Shown one piece after another: positions 34,996-50,200 of a stretch of DNA of 64,000 nucleotides. Numbering within the stretch: the stretch's first letter is position 1; each line of letters starts with the position of its first letter. Source of the DNA: Balanoglossus misakiensis (lineage: Eukaryota; Animalia; Hemichordata); the NCBI GenBank assembly GCA_040954595.2, contig CM082576.2, forward strand, positions 7,133,129 through 7,197,128, written 5' to 3'. The position numbers and the translations under genes are program-made. Under the pieces are notes generated by a model. It made no database searches, was not told where the DNA came from, and saw nothing but the letters and a program-made list of their open reading frames with translations.

Positions 34996-37900
34996 TCGCT
35001 GTATTTTCATTTCGACCTGATGATTCAAGAAAAACAAATTCCGTTCACTTGCACATGTGAACATAACAGAGCATTATCATTCAGATCTCGTCGCGATATT
35101 TCGAGTCACAAGAACGGTGTGGGTGGATGATGTGAATATTAACATTTTCTTCTCCGCCGACGACAGTAACTGATTAGCCAGTCCAGCTCGTGTAGGCCTA
35201 GTTACAAACGGAAGTAGGACAGAATAAAACGTTCGTTTGAGTCCCCCTCATTTTCACACAGTGATGTTTGTTTTTAAAAAAATATACGTAAAAGGGCAAT
35301 GAAGTTGGTTTTGCAAAGGCAGAAATATCCCCTAGAATGACAATGACTTTAAAAATATAGAGTCCCACATCAGAAGAGGTGTTAAATTATTGATGAAGGA
35401 TTTCCAAGCATTGTCGGCAAATTGTCATCATCTCGTTCCGAGACGACGCGAACGGCGAGCTCACGTGTAGCCTCGCTATGTCAACATACCGAACGGCGCA
35501 GAATCCCGAACAGCTGCAGAACCACCTCATCATTTCTGGTCGATTTTTTTAGGGTGTCGTTTGGACACCATTAGCGATGCTGTTGTAAGTGGACTCGATC
35601 TGGGTCTAATTTATGAAGCTATAGGTCACAGGTGGGAGCCGGGGCCAATGTTGCGTCGCGTTGTGTGATTGACAATCTTGTCGGATTCTTATTTTCCTCT
35701 CTATTTACCTGTGTATGTGTTTTGTGTGCCTTTAATCCTTATGAAATTTGAGAAATCATTTGACGATGGTCTCGCTCTGCATCACCCATGTCACCTTTCT
35801 CACAAAAGATAAACCGTTTATAGGAGAATATTCATGAACAGCTTTCATTATCATCAATTGATCTTTCTCGTTACATCTACGGGTATGTTTCTAAGTAAAG
35901 CCAATATTTGACTTTTAAATTATACAGTTACATAAAGTAAACAATTCTCCATACGATTGGTTTATACCTAGTACAACTGTTATATTCTACCGCTATCAAC
36001 ACGTCTTTGCCGCATCATGTGAACATTCTAATGGCACGTTCCAATCATCGTTAAAACAATAAGGGAATTTAATTGAAGGCGCTTATAGTTGTCGAGAGAG
36101 GCCGCTCACCCACACAAACACATAATTAACATTCTATTTTCCTTTCTTTATTCAATTGATCGATGTCATCAAAGGTCAACTAATTCCATCATGGCATTTT
36201 AATACGGCTCTCAAAATGTTTCGTCAATTAATACGGCAATTTACTTTTCGCGATATTAGTGGGCATGTTAAAATTCAGTGGAATTCGCTTATCGGCGACA
36301 ATTGGTGTCGACCTCGGCGGTCATGACTGTTTGTCTTATAATAAACCAATTTCAGCTGCTGTCATACTAAACACTTGCAGTGGCCGGGCGGCTCTGCTGC
36401 AGTACACACAACTACCCAGCGATGTATATGCCCGAACAGTAAGCGGAAACGCATTCACCTTCGTTTATCACGGGCCCAATAAACTTTCAACCCGGTGATT
36501 GAATAACGTTTTAATGACAGTCACAACTGCCAATCATGTCAACCAATCGGAATTATTCATTGGTTGAGATCGTACGAAATACATACCTGCATATTCAACG
36601 TGACAACTAGCTGTTTAATTGACACGTTTAACATACCCATTCATTTTTCATTAGATGACACAGGTGACACGTCACATGACATTGTCGAGCTTGTCTCACT
36701 AGGCCCTCATCGTTCGATTCGGTACAAGTTCAAAAATATTAACCTTCGACCATCCATCAAACAGAAAATAGTGTTTTGGACAGGATTTGAAAATTAGAAT
36801 TATGCATGGATTTGGACATCACTGTATTCCAGAGTGACAGATGGTTACTGCACTTAATCGCCCCTATTGTAACGAGGGACAGGCGTGCCGCGTTGCCTTT
36901 GACGGTGTAATTTGCAAAAGCCGTACCGTACTATACAGCAACTGTGCCACGGAAGCTGGGGGGTACAGCCCACGTGTTATATAACGACACCCGCCCTTGC
37001 CCGGGCCACAGGTGCGCATTTCGATGATAAATGTAACTGGTGTCGCGCATAAAGGGGAAATTGATATCGTTATGTGCTATTAGAAAATGGCACGTTGGGT
37101 GATACAGGGGTCACCCTGAAACCGGCCTCTATGCAGACATTCAATTGACAGGTTTACAGCCTGCCTTATAATTGTACACAGCCATAGTCTAGCCTAAGCA
37201 GCAATAATTGGCGTTGAAACAGCAATTGCCACAGGCAAATGTTGGCGAAGACGCCTAATATGGCGGCGTGGTTTATGAACGTTTGTGAAATATATATATA
37301 TTTATAGAAACCCGATAAACCAACTCCTTGGACTGGCTTAAATATTCTATACTGCATGAGCACTATTCCCCCGTACCTACTATAAAACATCACAAACTGG
37401 ACCTTTGTTGAAAACCAAAGATTTTCTCGGTTCAGACAGGTTCGTTTATGGGACCCGTCACCTGCAGCATCATGTGTTTAGTAAACGTAGTTGTTTCCGT
37501 GTAACCAATGCATTCGTATTCTCCGGTCCTATTTATAGTAACCACAGAAATAAAATGTTCGCGCAATATCACAGAGCAAAGCGTTTTATGCACCCTGTAC
37601 CCATCGTCGTAAACCATGGGCCCCCTTTTACGGCACGACTTCTGCGCTAACATTTACGAAAGTGATCTCAAATCGTTGAGCTACGGGTCTTGGCGAAATG
37701 TCCATGCAGTTGTGAAGGGATTGAGACGAAACGTGGAAGAAGAATATTTCAGATCCATCGGTATAGATGTAAAAAAAATCACTCAATGTCACGAATATAA
37801 AAGCTTTATCATGAGTGCATTACCCTTTATAGTGAGCCAAGTACTATTTCTGCCTAATACATTCTATTTGGACATGCTCGTTTGAAATGACCCGGTACAA

Positions 37901-39405
37901 GTGAAGCATGTGAAAAAATATAATTGCAATATATCGATAATTCAAGATTATGAGCCTAACAAATGAAACAGCGTTGCCATAGAATGAACATAGTCAATAT
38001 CATAAGTAGGATACGCGCACACAAATTAATCATTGGCAGCGCGTTACCATGGCAAACCGTCTGCAAATATTTCGGTGCAAGGTTAATTTGTTTAAGGTTC
38101 TATTTTATGATAGCCTGCATATTTCAACGATGTGGCCTGACTATATACAACAGACTCGAAAACTGAAACAACATCTCCCATGGAGAAGAATGCCTGGTTC
38201 CCCCGCTAAGCTAATTTCTCATCATTCTCCGTACATGTTCTTGAAAGCATGTATTCAGCCAGGACCCGCCCACGCATGCACCCACATCGTCCAACCATTC
38301 TACAGAACCACAACGCCGCCATCATACTTGCTAATCCCCCGGGAAGCAAGGGTCGAGTTATTGAACCCCGGCACATGTGAACATTGTCTCATGTTTGCAA
38401 GACATCCCTCAAATGATTGAACTGAAAACAACATGGAGATGATATGAACGTATACAAAGGAATATATTGATATTGTAGCCCCGGGCTGGTTAATTACTGA
38501 GCTCAGCACGCGTATGGAACGGCGCGTTACGTGCAAAACTGAATCATACTTTATGCAATAATGCCGTTTTAAATGCAACATTTGCTTCGACTTTAATGTA
38601 AAGCGTGCGTGGGAGATACGAATGCATTGCAAGATAAAAATACAATTATATTCTCCTAAAAGGAAAATAGTTGGATTCGCTCTCCTCAGCGAAAACAAAG
38701 AACACAGTTGAAGCACAGATAACATTCTCTTCGTCAGTGGCTGAATCGATGACGTCACTACGAAAATGTTCCTCAGATAACTTCTGACGATAAGAAGCAA
38801 TCTTCCCTCCCACCATCTGATTTGTGAACCATTTATAGCCCGTCTGGCAAAGAGTAGCCACCACTGATATGTCACTCGCTTGCAATAGACCATTTTCCGA
38901 GCTTCACGAGACCCTGCGAGATCTCGCGTAACTAGTCAGTTTATATGGTGACATTCTCACGTGACACATGACAAGAAACACATAGCCCACGACACAAACG
39001 TTACAATTTTTGTTTAACTTGTGACTGTGACTGTTATTGGTGAACTTCGGAGTGTGATGTTGGATGAGGTTGTTGCGTGCAAAGAGGGCCCGCCCCTGAA
39101 CGAAAACTTCGTCGAATTGTTTCTTCGCGATGCGAGTGCCCACTCATGATGACAGAGTGGGATCTTTGTGTTCACGATGTTGCATCAAATGACGTCGCTC
39201 TGTCTCCTCTTCGTCTGTCACGACCTCCCGGCCACACGTGTAAGAATGAATGACGTGATGGATGGCATCGGCTGATTGCTGTGGACACTCGCTCTATAGA
39301 GTTTGCGTCACAGAGCGCGACCCGGGCAATTGGCCATGCACCGTGTTCAGTAAGCCACGTTTGACGAGTGTGTGTTGGCTTGTTATTATGGAGATTGCTC
39401 TATCC

Positions 39406-39513
39406 CAGCTAATGCCGTCTTGATGAACTGAGTATCAGACCGGGACGATTACATCAGCTAATGCCTACTTGATGAACAGTATTGAGTCTCAGACCAATAG
39501 GACGATTACATCA
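39406..39513. repeat. Short imperfect tandem duplication (~50-58 bp x 2)
   Basis: CAGCTAATGCC..CTTGATGAAC..TCAGACC..GGACGATTACATCA occurs twice. Confidence 0.8.
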
Positions 39514-42500
39514 TTCTTACAATGCTTTTGCACAAATAAATACCCATGACTGTTTCTTAAATGTGCAAGTTAATTTCTAAAGCCTCAAACAAGTCCGTTT
39601 GGGGGAGAATAAAAATGACTCTAAAGAGATCAATTCTCGCGATGTATAATCATAGGCCGCAAAAGTCACGGCATTCTGGGATCACCCGGTCTCCTGACGG
39701 TTCCCACCAGCCTGGCATGACATGAAAGCAATTTGCGCGGTGAATGGAAACTGTCTTACGCAATTAGCTACCGTGTGAGCATCTGCGAATGAGAAGATAA
39801 AAACCTCTTACCGTCTCTGTCACTCGAAAAAATCCGGCACTTGCCGGTACTAAACGTTTTTTGTATGTGTGTCAAATATACATAGTTCGGAACAGAACGA
39901 TTCTTGGCATTATTCTGTTCCAAACCGGAAACTCTGAAACCAAGAGTAACTCCGTCTGTTATTAACTTAACAGATCCCGAAATGGAAATTAAAAAGATTA
40001 CAAAACACTCACGGACATAATTTTGTCATGATGTTATCCAGGGCATGTCTATACATACTTTGTCTTTCTCAATTGACATCCCGAATTACTCATGTGGTAC
40101 GCGCATGCTCATATTTAGCAAAACTGAGCCTTATCGTTAGACACGTGAACGCAAATCCCTCAATACGTATAGTGTTGATAATTAAAGTTGTTCAAACAAG
40201 AAGCAACGTCGAAAATGAACAAATGATTTGGGCGTCATGTACCTATAGTACTGTACACTTTATACGCGTGAGTTTATTGGAACAGTTCTCGATAATCCAT
40301 GATGCACAAAAGCAAGAAGTTTCCAGTGATCCCATCAAACTTATAGGTTAGTAGACAACATTTTAAAATTCACACTAGCTCCCGAATGTTGTGAGCCTGG
40401 GGTCGTGAATCACTAGTCAATAGTATCCAGGTTTTTAAAATGGGGATAGGTGAAGCACTTGTAGTCCCGTAATCCTATTTCAAATGCAAATCGTTATCTC
40501 GCAATACAGGGTAAGTTTCTCGTTTATCTGTCGTCTGCCTCGTGTAGCCATTAGGCTCCCAAGCGCCCTGCCATGTTAACAGTCTCTTTCGCCGAACCTG
40601 CGACGTGCTGCAAAACTCAATAAATTATAGCTCCTTCGAGAATGGGACACATTCATCAAAGTTGCTTTCAGCCTAAGTTTGAAATATTCCGTTGGTTGAT
40701 TCATTATTTTCGTCTTTTATTATTAATTGTAATATTTGCTTTGATATTTCTTGGAGGTGTTTCTTACTTGAAATTGACGACCGAACGCGGTTGCCAAGGT
40801 ACTTTTTTAATTTATTGGACAGTTTCCTTCGTTCTGATTTAATCCAATCAGTCATGTCTAATCTCCCGTAACCTGGATACGTCAGTAACTCTTAGTTCAG
40901 ATTTTCACGGGCAAGATTTCTTCTGCATGTACAAACTTCAAAGGTATAGTCGATTTTTCTCTGACATTGATGTATATAGTTTCGATGGCAAATGTCAGTG
41001 GCTGGCCGGGTCGAATATCACAAATGACCCCGGGATGACATGTAGACCCCGCTGTTGATTAGATGTTCAGTTCGAGTAGGAGGCATTATTCGCTCCTTTT
41101 TTTTCTTGGAATTATGCCTGCGGGTAGTCGACCATGGCAACGTCTGACTTTCTAATGTGCTCGAGGAATGTTTTTTTTCACCGCCGTTGCGATGCGAAGA
41201 ATGATTTCACCTGAATTGTGCATTAATACTCAAATCCCTCTCTTTTACGACTTCGTTTTATGCAGGAACCGTCGCCGTCTGTACCGAAAAGCGCTTAAAG
41301 AACTGCAGTAAATCGTTCAGAAATGCCATTTTACGTGAAGTGGTGTTTTAATTGGGCACTTAGCAAGCACTCGGTGACTAGCTGATAGTCAGTGGAATGT
41401 AGCCATATTTTAAACGGACCATATTCTAATCAAGTGCTACGTTCGTCATGTGTGTCAGTTAATTAGACAAATAGGAGAGAACTTTGTTGTTGACACGTGG
41501 AGGAGTTTTGGACAAGATGAATGACGTTAAGTTGGTGATAGGGCAGCGGCCGGCCCTGTAATATCATCGGCAGACAATGTAACATGGTGTCATATCGCTA
41601 CTGTCGTATATAATGACTGATTGGGAATTTTTCCCAGACCGAATAGTTGGATCGACATCCGGATCTGTTTATACGGGCCTCTTGGTGAGCGATTGTTTAA
41701 TCCACCCGACCCGCAAAGTTGCATTATAATATGTTAACTCGTTGAATAGTGCAGTAAAATGTTTATTGTTGAACTACAAAAGAAGAAAAGTACATAGTCC
41801 TAATTGCTGCCAACTTTGGGTGTTCAGTAGCATTTTGGAACACGGGAGATCATATAATTAATTCACGTATAATTTGTGGTAGTCGTGGCCTCTGTCATTG
41901 TTTTAAAAGTTGAGTTTCATTCTTGGACGAATGACAAGAGAGCAGAAGCGTCTTATGAAAATGAATTCATCAAAAATAATGACCATGCCGTCTCTGTAAA
42001 CCATATTTCCTTCATCTGCTCTTATCAATAACCGAATGAATAGTGTTGCCATGGAAATAAAAACGGTCGCCGTATGTTTCATTAGGCCCACAAAACATCC
42101 AGTTTAACTATGTTACTGGTTGATTGAGTTATTTATTATTATGTCTTGTGAATGTGTATGTTGCCATAGAAACTGGTAATCGATCTGTCAGGTATACCGG
42201 CTTTGTGTTGTAAATTCCGGTTAACTTGCATCCAGAGTTGAAGACGCGGTGATGGTGATCGTTGTTATATTCACGGCCAGATTTTTGAATAATTCGTGAC
42301 CAGATTAAGGGTTTCTGACAATATGAAGTTTATGAGTCTAAAGCAAGATAAGACACATCATTTTTTTTTATCATAGTCCACCTATAGATATCAGTATATT
42401 ACGTCTGGATTGAACGAATCCCGTTTTTGCTTAAATAGTATTAACGTTCTTTGAGATGAAGACCTGATCTGCATTTTACTACTCAACCGAATATAATGGT

Positions 42501-45500
42501 CTATCTGTCGATCTTAAACATAATTCTCATTTCATACTACAAGGCTTCTGAGAGAATGTACGAAGATCACGGCAGACTGCGACATATCGTCCAACCGTAA
42601 CATTCAAACCACCCACACGCATGCGCACCCCCGCCCCCGACAACATCCATCATTCCGGGGATATAATTTTGTAATATATCCAGCTTTACTCCGATGTTAT
42701 TTCTGGGAGACGAAAGAGATGGAGAGGCATTACTCTTTATTACACACACCTATCAAATCATGTTCTTGTTGCGTGTTCTGAATGGGAATTCATCTCAACA
42801 TTCTCAAAAGACGTAGTTGCTTAAGTGTTAGCTTGGTACTTATTTCACAAACGATATGGTGAGCTTTCTTCCATGTGGCAAAAACGACGATATGTTCCTC
42901 GTTGTCTATGTATACATTCAGATTTGTTTGAATGTGTTATCATAGGAGCCTACGCATTGAATGTACAAAACGATTGAAACTTGGAGCATAAATTAAAATG
43001 TCAACGACATCAACACCAATTACTACCAGGCCTTCCACATTGATTTACAAAAATAGTACTGCTTTCCAAGTGTCGGTGCAGAGAAAACTGATCACGTACC
43101 TTCCCATTCCTCTATTTCTTCTCTTTTTAACTACATAAAGCATTAATATGAGCGAAAGGCAGTTCAAAGTGAAATTCGTTTGACTGAGAATATCCTAATA
43201 AGTGGAAAGGTATATGGAACATCAGGGAATAACGTGCGCTGAAACATTTTGCTGTAATTTAGTGGAATAAAATTAGAGTGTCAGGGACATTTAACCGTTT
43301 CCCTCTCGTCAAAATGAAGCTGTTTCTATTCCAGACACACCGGACGTTTGATCTATGAACGTAATCCTTCGGGAAAGATTCTGTTTAACCGTATGCAATC
43401 GAAGAAAATAATTGACTGTTGCGACGTGCATATCCCAGAACGTGCTTCTTGCAACAATTCTTTCACTGAGCGCTGTATTAGTTTGCGTGAAATGCAGGAA
43501 AGCATGGATTATGAATTGACTGTAAACCGTGGAAGATAATGAAAATCGGGAAAATGCTATTCTGGTGAGAGAATTCGACTTAACATACCGACCCTCGATT
43601 CAAGCTAAAACTGTCGCCATTCTTTTACACGACACAACTTTGTTTGAAATTAAATGCTTACGGAGAACTCTTCGGGTTCTGTGTGTGACGCTACTTCGGA
43701 TGCAACACACTTTAGAGGGCCACGCCTTGGTGAAAATATGAATGTTAGTAATTAAAATGAAAGCAAATGTTAATTTGGTTAAGTGTGCAATATAATTATG
43801 AGTCTGAAAGCCCTTGCTCTTAAACCGATTATGATGTATATTTCGGTCACTGTTGGTGGCGCAGAATGTCCGCCATTAAATTATTAAATTTTATTAAAGC
43901 AAGCTCGTTCCCGAATAATCTGCAAAGCAAGCGCAATATTTTCAGATAAAATGGCGAAATTCTATATTTACGAAGGTCACTGGTGCGTAATTACATTAAA
44001 TTAATCTATGCCGTGTTTCGCTCTGACAGCATTGCAAAAGGAACTGGTGTCACATATCTCTCAATGCATGTCAGCGTTATAACCTGAAGGAATTTATGGT
44101 CACAATTATTATTGGTAATGGAATCGGGATCAATTTTCAGACAATGAATTAAATTTGTCGTGCTAACTGAAAGCTCGATATAATTCAAACGGGAAACGAT
44201 ATCAGGTATTGTCGTTACTTGACATGAATGTCATTACATGTCATTGTCAGATTTAAACGTAATCGATAATTGTTGCTATGATTGTTCTAATTGCCGGAAG
44301 TTTTCTCAGTGTCTCATGAACTGTAATATCCAACTTAGCAACCCCGTGTCCGTCGTGTATTCTGAACCGTCGATAGAACCCTTCAGACGTATGAAGAGTG
44401 TTTTTTGGATTGTTTTGTTTTGATGATTTTCTGCTGGAAGGCCTAGACTAATTCTGCAGTGCTGGTGGATAAAGTCTGTTTGGTGCATGGGTTAACCATG
44501 AACAGGGGATCGTAAAATGAACCGAACGCAATCGATAAAATAATTTAACTGGGCATCTAACCAGTGCATAAGCCCCCCCCCCCCCCGGACAAGGGCGCAC
44601 ATCAGTATACACCAACGGGGCCTCTTGTGGATTAGAAAGGATGAAGATTTTGATAACATGTTTTGATGCTCACATATCAGTACTATTGATTTCTAGGTGC
44701 GGGGGGGGGGGGGAAATTATCAGATAAAGATATCGAGATTATTTTAGACTTAGAAAGTGAAGCGAAAAATACGAGAAGAGAAACAGACGGCATGCTAGTT
44801 GGTGGATAGGTAGGTGATTGGATAGCTGGCTATATAGCTAGATAGGTAAGAAAGGAGGTAATTAATGGCGTCGATCGATGAACGGTAAAAGAAAATGGAG
44901 AGAGCGAACGACAAGATGTGTTGGAGACAGAGACACTGGCAGAGACAGCGAAGAAAGACAGACATAGCGCAAGAGGGAAACTCATGGCAGACATGTAAGA
45001 TAGGAATATAGAGGTTACGTAAAACATTGTTTTATATCCAGCCGTTTGACATTCTCGTCACGTAAGGACGAAATCCTTTATTGTTGAACTGGCGTTTTAT
45101 CCAGCAGACCAGAACCATTCTGATAGCTTCTTGTGGACAAATTGAGAGCGTGTCTTCATAAAAGTTTCATGTCGGTCGATTTTACCCGTGCAAGTAAAGC
45201 TAAAAACTTTCAAAATTGATTGTTTTTGGTCGACAGCGTTCAAACTTTCGCACATCATTTTTACGTTACGCCCACGACGTATTCTTCCCTAGCGCCTATA
45301 TCGCAGCTTGTCCATGAACAAACCACGCCAACGGACGCAGAAAAAGTGAGTGCATTAAATCATTAACTTAGTATAAAACAAGCTTAGGGCACTGGTGTTA
45401 TGTTAAAAGTTTCTTTCCCGCGTTTAATTAATAGATCTGTTTCGGATGGAACTAGTACTTATGTAAATTCCATTAAATATTCACCCACACCGCCTCAATT

Positions 45501-47282
45501 TTCCACTTTCAATTTCCAGGGTAATTTTTGTACTGGCTTACTTAATAATTTAAGTTAATTCCGTGAAAGAGCATTTTGCATGAAGTAAACGGTTCACTGC
45601 AGTCAATTAATAAGTAAAATACCACGTTCTAGAAGTGCTGTCACAAAAGGAGAATTGAAGTATACTGCGCGAGTTTTTGATATAAACGACTCTTTGTTAT
45701 ACATGTATTGGAATTCTTAAGAATAATCTAACGGGAGATGGGAGTACCTCAGGCTAATGAGCTCGTTCCCTTCCTCACATATTACAAAAAAGGATGACTG
45801 CTTTCTTTCTTTTCATTTTAATTGGTTTCAGTTTGATGGATATTAGTTTATTCAAACCGAGGGTTCGGTCCAGGTCGCATGAAACAAAATTGGAACGTTG
45901 ACTCTATACAACGGGCGAAAGAAACGTCAAACCGTTTGCAAGACAAAACCGAGTCAATAATTTAATCTACTTTTTACATAAATTATGGAGGCAATCAAGT
46001 TGCATTTCATCAGTTTCCCATCTCACAGCGATCACCATCGAGACATTTTGATGTCGTGCAGAACAGATGTAGTTTGTTTTCTGCGTTGATCTCTCTCTCT
46101 CTTCAGCATTCTCAAGTTTGTCTTTTCGGTACATCGATGAATATTGTATGTTCAACCTCTGCGTCACTCGAACACCGGGACATATCCTGTTTAGTTGCAA
46201 ATGAACTATCATTGCCTGGTCTGCAGCTAGTACCATTGGTGTGCAAGGGTCCCAAACACAATAACGGAGAGTTCGTTTTCTAGTGTTTGAAGTGCCCTTA
46301 TGACTTGGGGGTGAGGGGGGAAGAGAGAGAATGGACAGTTAGAAGTTGTGTGATACTCCCACAGGCAATCATTACCATAAGTCTGTAAGTTTTAATTTAT
46401 CTAATGTGATCCATTAACATGATTAATGATTAGAAGCTAATTAAGTTCTCCTGCAAATGTTGCTCTTAATCAAAATTATGCAATAAAATTTGTTGGAATT
46501 TAAATAAAACTGTCCCACTGGCAGCTTGTGCTGTCTTCAAAAGAATGGCGCAATAAAATTTACGTCATTGATTTGCACATTGTTACAAATGTGCTGAAAA
46601 TTGGCGCCAAAAGCGTCCACAGAAATAACAAAATGGTCAAAGAAAAACTGCATGGCCACCGGTAGGTGGATTTTGTAGGCCTGTTGTTAACCGCTGTTTT
46701 ATTTTCCTCACATGCGTAGACACACAAATGCGAATTGAACTTTTCGATTTAAAAGCAAACGGCTTTCAAACTGGCGGTTCCGGGCACACAAGTCACACAC
46801 TAATTGAATTGAGAATCATTAGTGAAAGTTAGTTTTATGCGACTGTGTTACACAACGCAACATTTCAATTTAATTCGTTATTTGGGTATTTGCAGACTCA
46901 TAAATCCACCCAATCATCCTGTTAATATTTTCGAAGAGAATTTTGATGAAAGGAGTGGAAACGTGCTTGTAATACTTATTGGCAATGTCGTCGCATCAGG
47001 CAACACTGTTCATTGGCTCACGACAAGTAAAGGCACAATGTCACGTAAACGTTTGGCATAATTTCAAGAAAACATCAGTAAGGTCAAAGGTCCAACATGT
47101 GAGCAAGTCATACGGTGACACGTGTGTTTAAATAAACCATAATTTGGAGTTGTTATTTTCGCGCCCTATTAAACCTGCCTGTGTTCATTAGTGTACCCGA
47201 TTTCCAACAGAATTCTGAAAACCGAGATATCCTTTGATGTCCACAGACGACTAGTCTTTGTATAGTGCATTAGTGCTTTTCG

Positions 47283-50200
47283 AATTTTGGTGATTTTGTC
47301 ATTTTTGGGCATTTTTCATGGGTTATAGCTCATTAAAATCTTCAAAAACGACCATTTTTCGACTTTGCGAATTTTCAAAATTTCTTCATTCTTTGAAAAA
47401 AATCATGGGTTATACTCATGAAAATCATCCAAAAATGACGATTTTTCGACTTTCCGAAATATCAAAATTTCTTCATATTTTGGCAAAAATCATGGGTTAT
47501 AGCTCATGAAAATCATCCAAAAATGACGATTTTTCGACTTTCCGAAATATCAAAATTTCTTCATATTTTGGCAAAATCATGGGTTATAGCTCATGAAAAT
47601 CATCCAAAAATGACGATTTTTCGACTTTCCAAAATATCAAAATTTCTTCACTTTTTGACAAAAATCATGGGTTATATAGCTCATGAAAATCATCCAAAAA
47701 TGACGATTTTTCGACTTTCCGAAATATCAAAATTTCTTCACTTTTTGACAAAAATCATGGGTTATAGCTCATGAATATCATCCAAAAATGACGATTTTTC
47801 GACTTTCCGAAATATCAAAATTTCTTCACTTTTTGACAAAAATCATGGGTTATAGCTCATGAAAATCATCCAAAAATGACGATTTTTCGACTTACCGAAA
47901 TATCAAAATTTCTTCATATTTTGGCAAAAATCATGGGTTATAGCTCATGAAAATCATCCAAAAATGACGATTTTTCGACTTTCCAAAATATCAAAATTTC
48001 TTCATATTTTGGCAAAAATCATGGGTTATAGCTCATGAAAATCATCCAAAAATGACGATTTTTCGACTTTCCGAAATATCAAAATTTCTTCACTTTTTGA
48101 CAAAAATCATGGGTTATAGCTCATGAAAATCATCCAAAAATGACGATTTTTCGACTTTCCGAAATATCAAAATTTCTTCACTTTTTGACAAAAATCATGA
48201 GTTATAGCTCATGAAAATCATCCAAAAATGACGATTTTTCGACTTTCCGAAATATCAAAATTTTTTCACTTTTTGACAAAAATCATGGGTTATAGCTCAT
48301 GAAAATCATCCAAAAATGACGATTTTTTGACTTTCCGAAATATCAAAATTTCTTCACTTTTTGACAAAAATCATGGGTTATAGCTCATGAAAATCATCCA
48401 AAAATGACGATTTTTCGACTTTCCAAAATATCAAAATTTCTTCATATTTTGGCAAAAATCATGGGTTATAGCTCATGAAAATCATCCAAAAATGACGATT
48501 TTTCGACTTTCCGAAATATCAAAATTTCTTCACTTTTTGACAAAAATCATGGGTTATAGCTCATGAAAATCATCCAAAAATGACGATTTTTCGACTTTCC
48601 AAAATATCAAAATTTCTTCACTTTTTGACAAAAATCATGGGTTATAGCTCATGAAAATCATCCAAAAATGACGATTTTTCGACTTTCCGAAATATCAAAA
48701 TTTCTTCACTTTTTGACAAAAATCATGGGTTATAGCTCATGAAAATCATCCAAAAATGACGATTTTTTGACTTTCCGAAATATCAAAATTTCTTCACTTT
48801 TTGACAAAAATCATGGGTTATAGCTCATGAATATCATCCAAAAATGACGATTTTTCGACTTTCCGAAATATCAAAATTTCTTCATTTTTTGACAAAAATC
48901 ATGGGTTATAGCTCATGAAAATCATCCAAAAATGACGATTTTTCGACTTTCCGAAATATCAAAATTTCTTCACTTTTTGACAAAAATCATGGGTTATAGC
49001 TCATGAAAATCATCCAAAAATGACGATTTTTCGACTTTCCGAAATATCAAAATTTCTTCACTTTTTGACAAAAATCATGGGTTATAGCTCATGAAAATCA
49101 TCCAAAAATGACGATTTTTCGACTTTCCGAAATATCAAAATTTCTTCACTTTTTGACAAAAATCATGTGTTATAGCTCATGAAAATCATCCAAAAATGAC
49201 GATTTTTCGACTTTCCGAAATATCAAAATTTCTTCACTTTTTGACAAAAATCATGGGTTATAGCTCATGAAAATCATCCAAAAATGACGATTTTTCGACT
49301 TTCCGAAATATCAAAATTTCTTCACTTTTTGACAAAAATCATGGGTTATAGCTCATGAAAATCATCCAAAAATGACGATTTTTCGACTTTCCGAAATATC
49401 AAAATTTCTTCACTTTTTGACAAAAATCATGGGTTATAGCTCATGAAAATCATCCAAAAATGACGATTTTTCGACTTTCCAAAATATCAAAATTTCTTCA
49501 CTTTTTGACAAAAATCATGAGTTATAGCTCATGAAAATCATCCAAAAATGACGATTTTTCGACTTTCCGAAATATCAAAATTTCTTCACTTTTTGACAAA
49601 AATCATGGGTTATAGCTCATGAAAATATCCAAAAATGACTATTTTTCGACTTTCCGAAATATCAAAATTTCTTCACTTTTTGACAAAAATCATGGGTTAT
49701 AGCTCATGAAAATCATCCAAAAATGACGATTTTTCGACTTTCCGAAATATCAAAATTTTTTCACTTTTTGACAAAAATCATGGGTTATAGCTCATGAAAA
49801 TCATCCAAAAATGACGATTTTTCGACTTTCCAAAATATCAAAATTTCTTCATATTTTGGCAAAAATCATGGGTTATAGCTCATGAAAATCATCCAAAAAT
49901 GACGATTTTTCGACTTTCCGAAATATCAAAATTTCTTCACTTTTTGACAAAAATCATGGGTTATAGCTCATGAAAATCATCCAAAAATGACGATTTTTCG
50001 ACTTTCCAAAATATCAAAATTTCTTCACTTTTTGACAAAAATCATGGGTTATAGCTCATGAATATCATCCAAAAATGACGATTTTTCGACTTTCCGAAAT
50101 ATCAAAATTTCTTCATTTTTTGACAAAAATCATGGGTTATAGCTCATGAAAATCATCCAAAAATGACGATTTTTCGACTTTCCGAAATATCAAAATTTCT

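Noticed and set aside
38300-38893. 197-aa minus-strand ORF
   Set aside because: No recognisable domain, non-ATG start and unremarkable composition; likely chance.
39670-39722. Faint 5S rRNA 3'-like sequence on the minus strand
   Set aside because: Only short patchy similarity, with no intact internal promoter or 5' half.
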